From NCBI GenBank assembly GCA_025201805.1, contig MU619269.1, positions 164,708 through 228,707 on the forward strand: DNA of 64,000 bases, written 5' to 3'. The notes under the pieces were generated by a model that worked only from the letters and a program-made list of their open reading frames with translations, had not been told where the DNA came from and made no database searches. Position numbers and translations under genes: made by a program. Origin of the DNA: Parasitella parasitica NRRL 2501 (taxonomy: Eukaryota > Fungi > Mucoromycota). This document shows positions 62,295 to 64,000 of this stretch, piece after piece; the first letter of the stretch is position 1; every line of letters starts with the position of its first letter.

Positions 62295-63642
62295 ATCTTT
62301 GACAGCTTGCTTTTGCAATAGACAAAATGTTTAAAAGAAGAAAGGAAAAAGATGAAATGAAAATTATTTGCTTAATTTAAGACGCACAGATCTAACCGCC
62401 GAAAAAATAACGCATCAGTTCTGACGATCTGTAACCCGGTGGATGCCCATTAAAAATCAAATATCTTTAGCAAGTTATATGTGAATGGCCAGCTTATTTT
62501 ATTATAAGCATATTACCATACCTTTCCCAAGTAAATGGGCGAGATATGTAAGCATATTCGGGTTTTTTGCAGCTTTACAAACTAATGGAGTTGATTCTCA
62601 ATCTCAAAATCTACATCAAAAAAGTTTACTCTATGGTTGATATCCCACATTTCATAGAAAATTTATCTGCGAATGACTAAATTTCTTTACCACTTGAATT
62701 TTGAGGGTTTTACGGCTATGCTGTTACATAGGATAAAAGGGATGTTCGAGTCGTTCACGGCTCTCTGCAACGAAAAAGTACATACTTTGATTTGAATAGC
62801 ATACACATTACTATCTCCATATATCTGTTTGTATATAACAGCAACAAGCTTTAAACGATCAACCTACCATTGTCTCCATCACGAAATAACCTCTATTGCA
62901 TCTTATCTTTTTCATTGTACCGTATTTCCCAGTCAAACTTACTTTTTTTATATTTAGTGTCACCTCGAAATGAAAATTGGATAACTCAAACTTGGCACTT
63001 ACGGGATATCTCGCATTTGCTAAAGCAGCCTGATTTGCCATAAATGTCGTTTTCAATATTTAACATATGGATCATTAAAATGGATCTTTTGAGTACTACT
63101 ATAGCGGGTATGTCAGATGTGTATGTAATTATTGGAGCATATAATATTCATAGTATACACGCATATGTATGGTTTGCCTGATTTCCAGCATCGGGTTGCT
63201 ACCAATGTCTGTTCGGCAACACTTTAGCGTTCATAATGACTCATACATTTTAATCTCACTAGTCATTATCTCGGCAATGCGCCATTCTTATCGAATTGCC
63301 AGGAAATACAGTAGAGGATACTATTTATCTCGAGAAAATATCAAAAGCTTTTTTTCTAGTTTACACGAGAAGGGTCTCACTGGGTTGAGACTCTGCATAA
63401 TTCTAAAGAATGATGAATAGCATTAGACTAGTCGAAAGATACTTGCGCCTTAAATCGAAAAAATTACTCGTTCAGTTAATTTCAACAATAATAAATTGCT
63501 GTCATTCTATATCAGTTGATAATATTCAGCAGTTGATGAACATGAAAGCAGTGTTTTCTCACTGGGCGACGGTTCAGAAGCAATTACTAAATCGGATTAT
63601 TACGAGCAAGGGCTCCGTATACAAGGTTGGGGTCTCATCCGA

Positions 63643-63693
63643 CTAGATTTTTTTTTTGGTTTCGGAGAGCTACGCTCTCCGAAACCAAAAAAA
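63643..63693 (-). mobile_element. Probable Helitron 3' terminus (perfect hairpin followed by CTAG|T)
   Basis: Minus strand tttttttggtttcggagagc-gta-gctctccgaaaccaaaaaaa then aaatCTAGt; the GAGCGTAGC core matches the Helitron end at 37078. Confidence 0.55.
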
Positions 63694-64000
63694 CAACGCA
63701 TTAATTTGAACTATCGATTATGGTAGGCAAATGCATCATATGTAACCAGCTTTCGAGAGCTATTATGATATAATGGTCTTATTATTTTAATATATACACT
63801 TAAAAAGATTTGTAGCTGTAAAATTTATTTTGATCTGATCTATGTAAAGTCATTACACAACTTTTAATTCATCCAGGTACGCACAGTTTATTTGCTGATT
63901 ATAGTGTATTTATTCTAAGATATTATAACCATATACACTAAAAAGTTAATTTGGTATCTCAGCATTGTTGAAGAATTTACATTTTTGACGGTTTTGCTTT

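Noticed and set aside
63169-63646. Short ORFs as a transposase remnant
   Set aside because: No convincing catalytic motif could be reconstructed

Overview
AT-rich, intron-rich fungal genomic DNA. The gene content and transposon types point to Mucorales (inference; the species cannot be determined from the sequence). Two gene-dense blocks hold about 22 host genes. The first (1-29 kb) has cytochrome c, an RRM-like protein, PABPN1/Pab2, LYS1, a DIPP-type Nudix hydrolase, RPS15, eIF3i, an MBIP-like protein, DAG kinase, a Siw14-type phosphatase, a Kelch membrane protein, an arrestin and SER3. The second (47-62 kb) has ATX1, MOCS2A, a mitochondrial carrier, an EOS1-GT31 fusion, RAD7, RPS12, PAC4, an SDR, MET3 and a Zn2Cys6 factor. 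Between them lies a ~17 kb transposon graveyard (29.5-46.4 kb): an endonuclease-deleted LINE, tandem Helitrons, Tc1/IS630 remnants, a tyrosine-recombinase retroelement next to a higher-order repeat array, and two PD-(D/E)xK nuclease-like genes. The most notable element is a decayed, intron-containing Fanzor (eukaryotic TnpB-like RNA-guided nuclease) at 25.4-27.0 kb that still shows all three RuvC catalytic motifs. A TIR element nested inside a Tc1 transposase sits at 11.4-14.2 kb. Exon boundaries were read by eye and family calls rest on motif recognition, not database searches.
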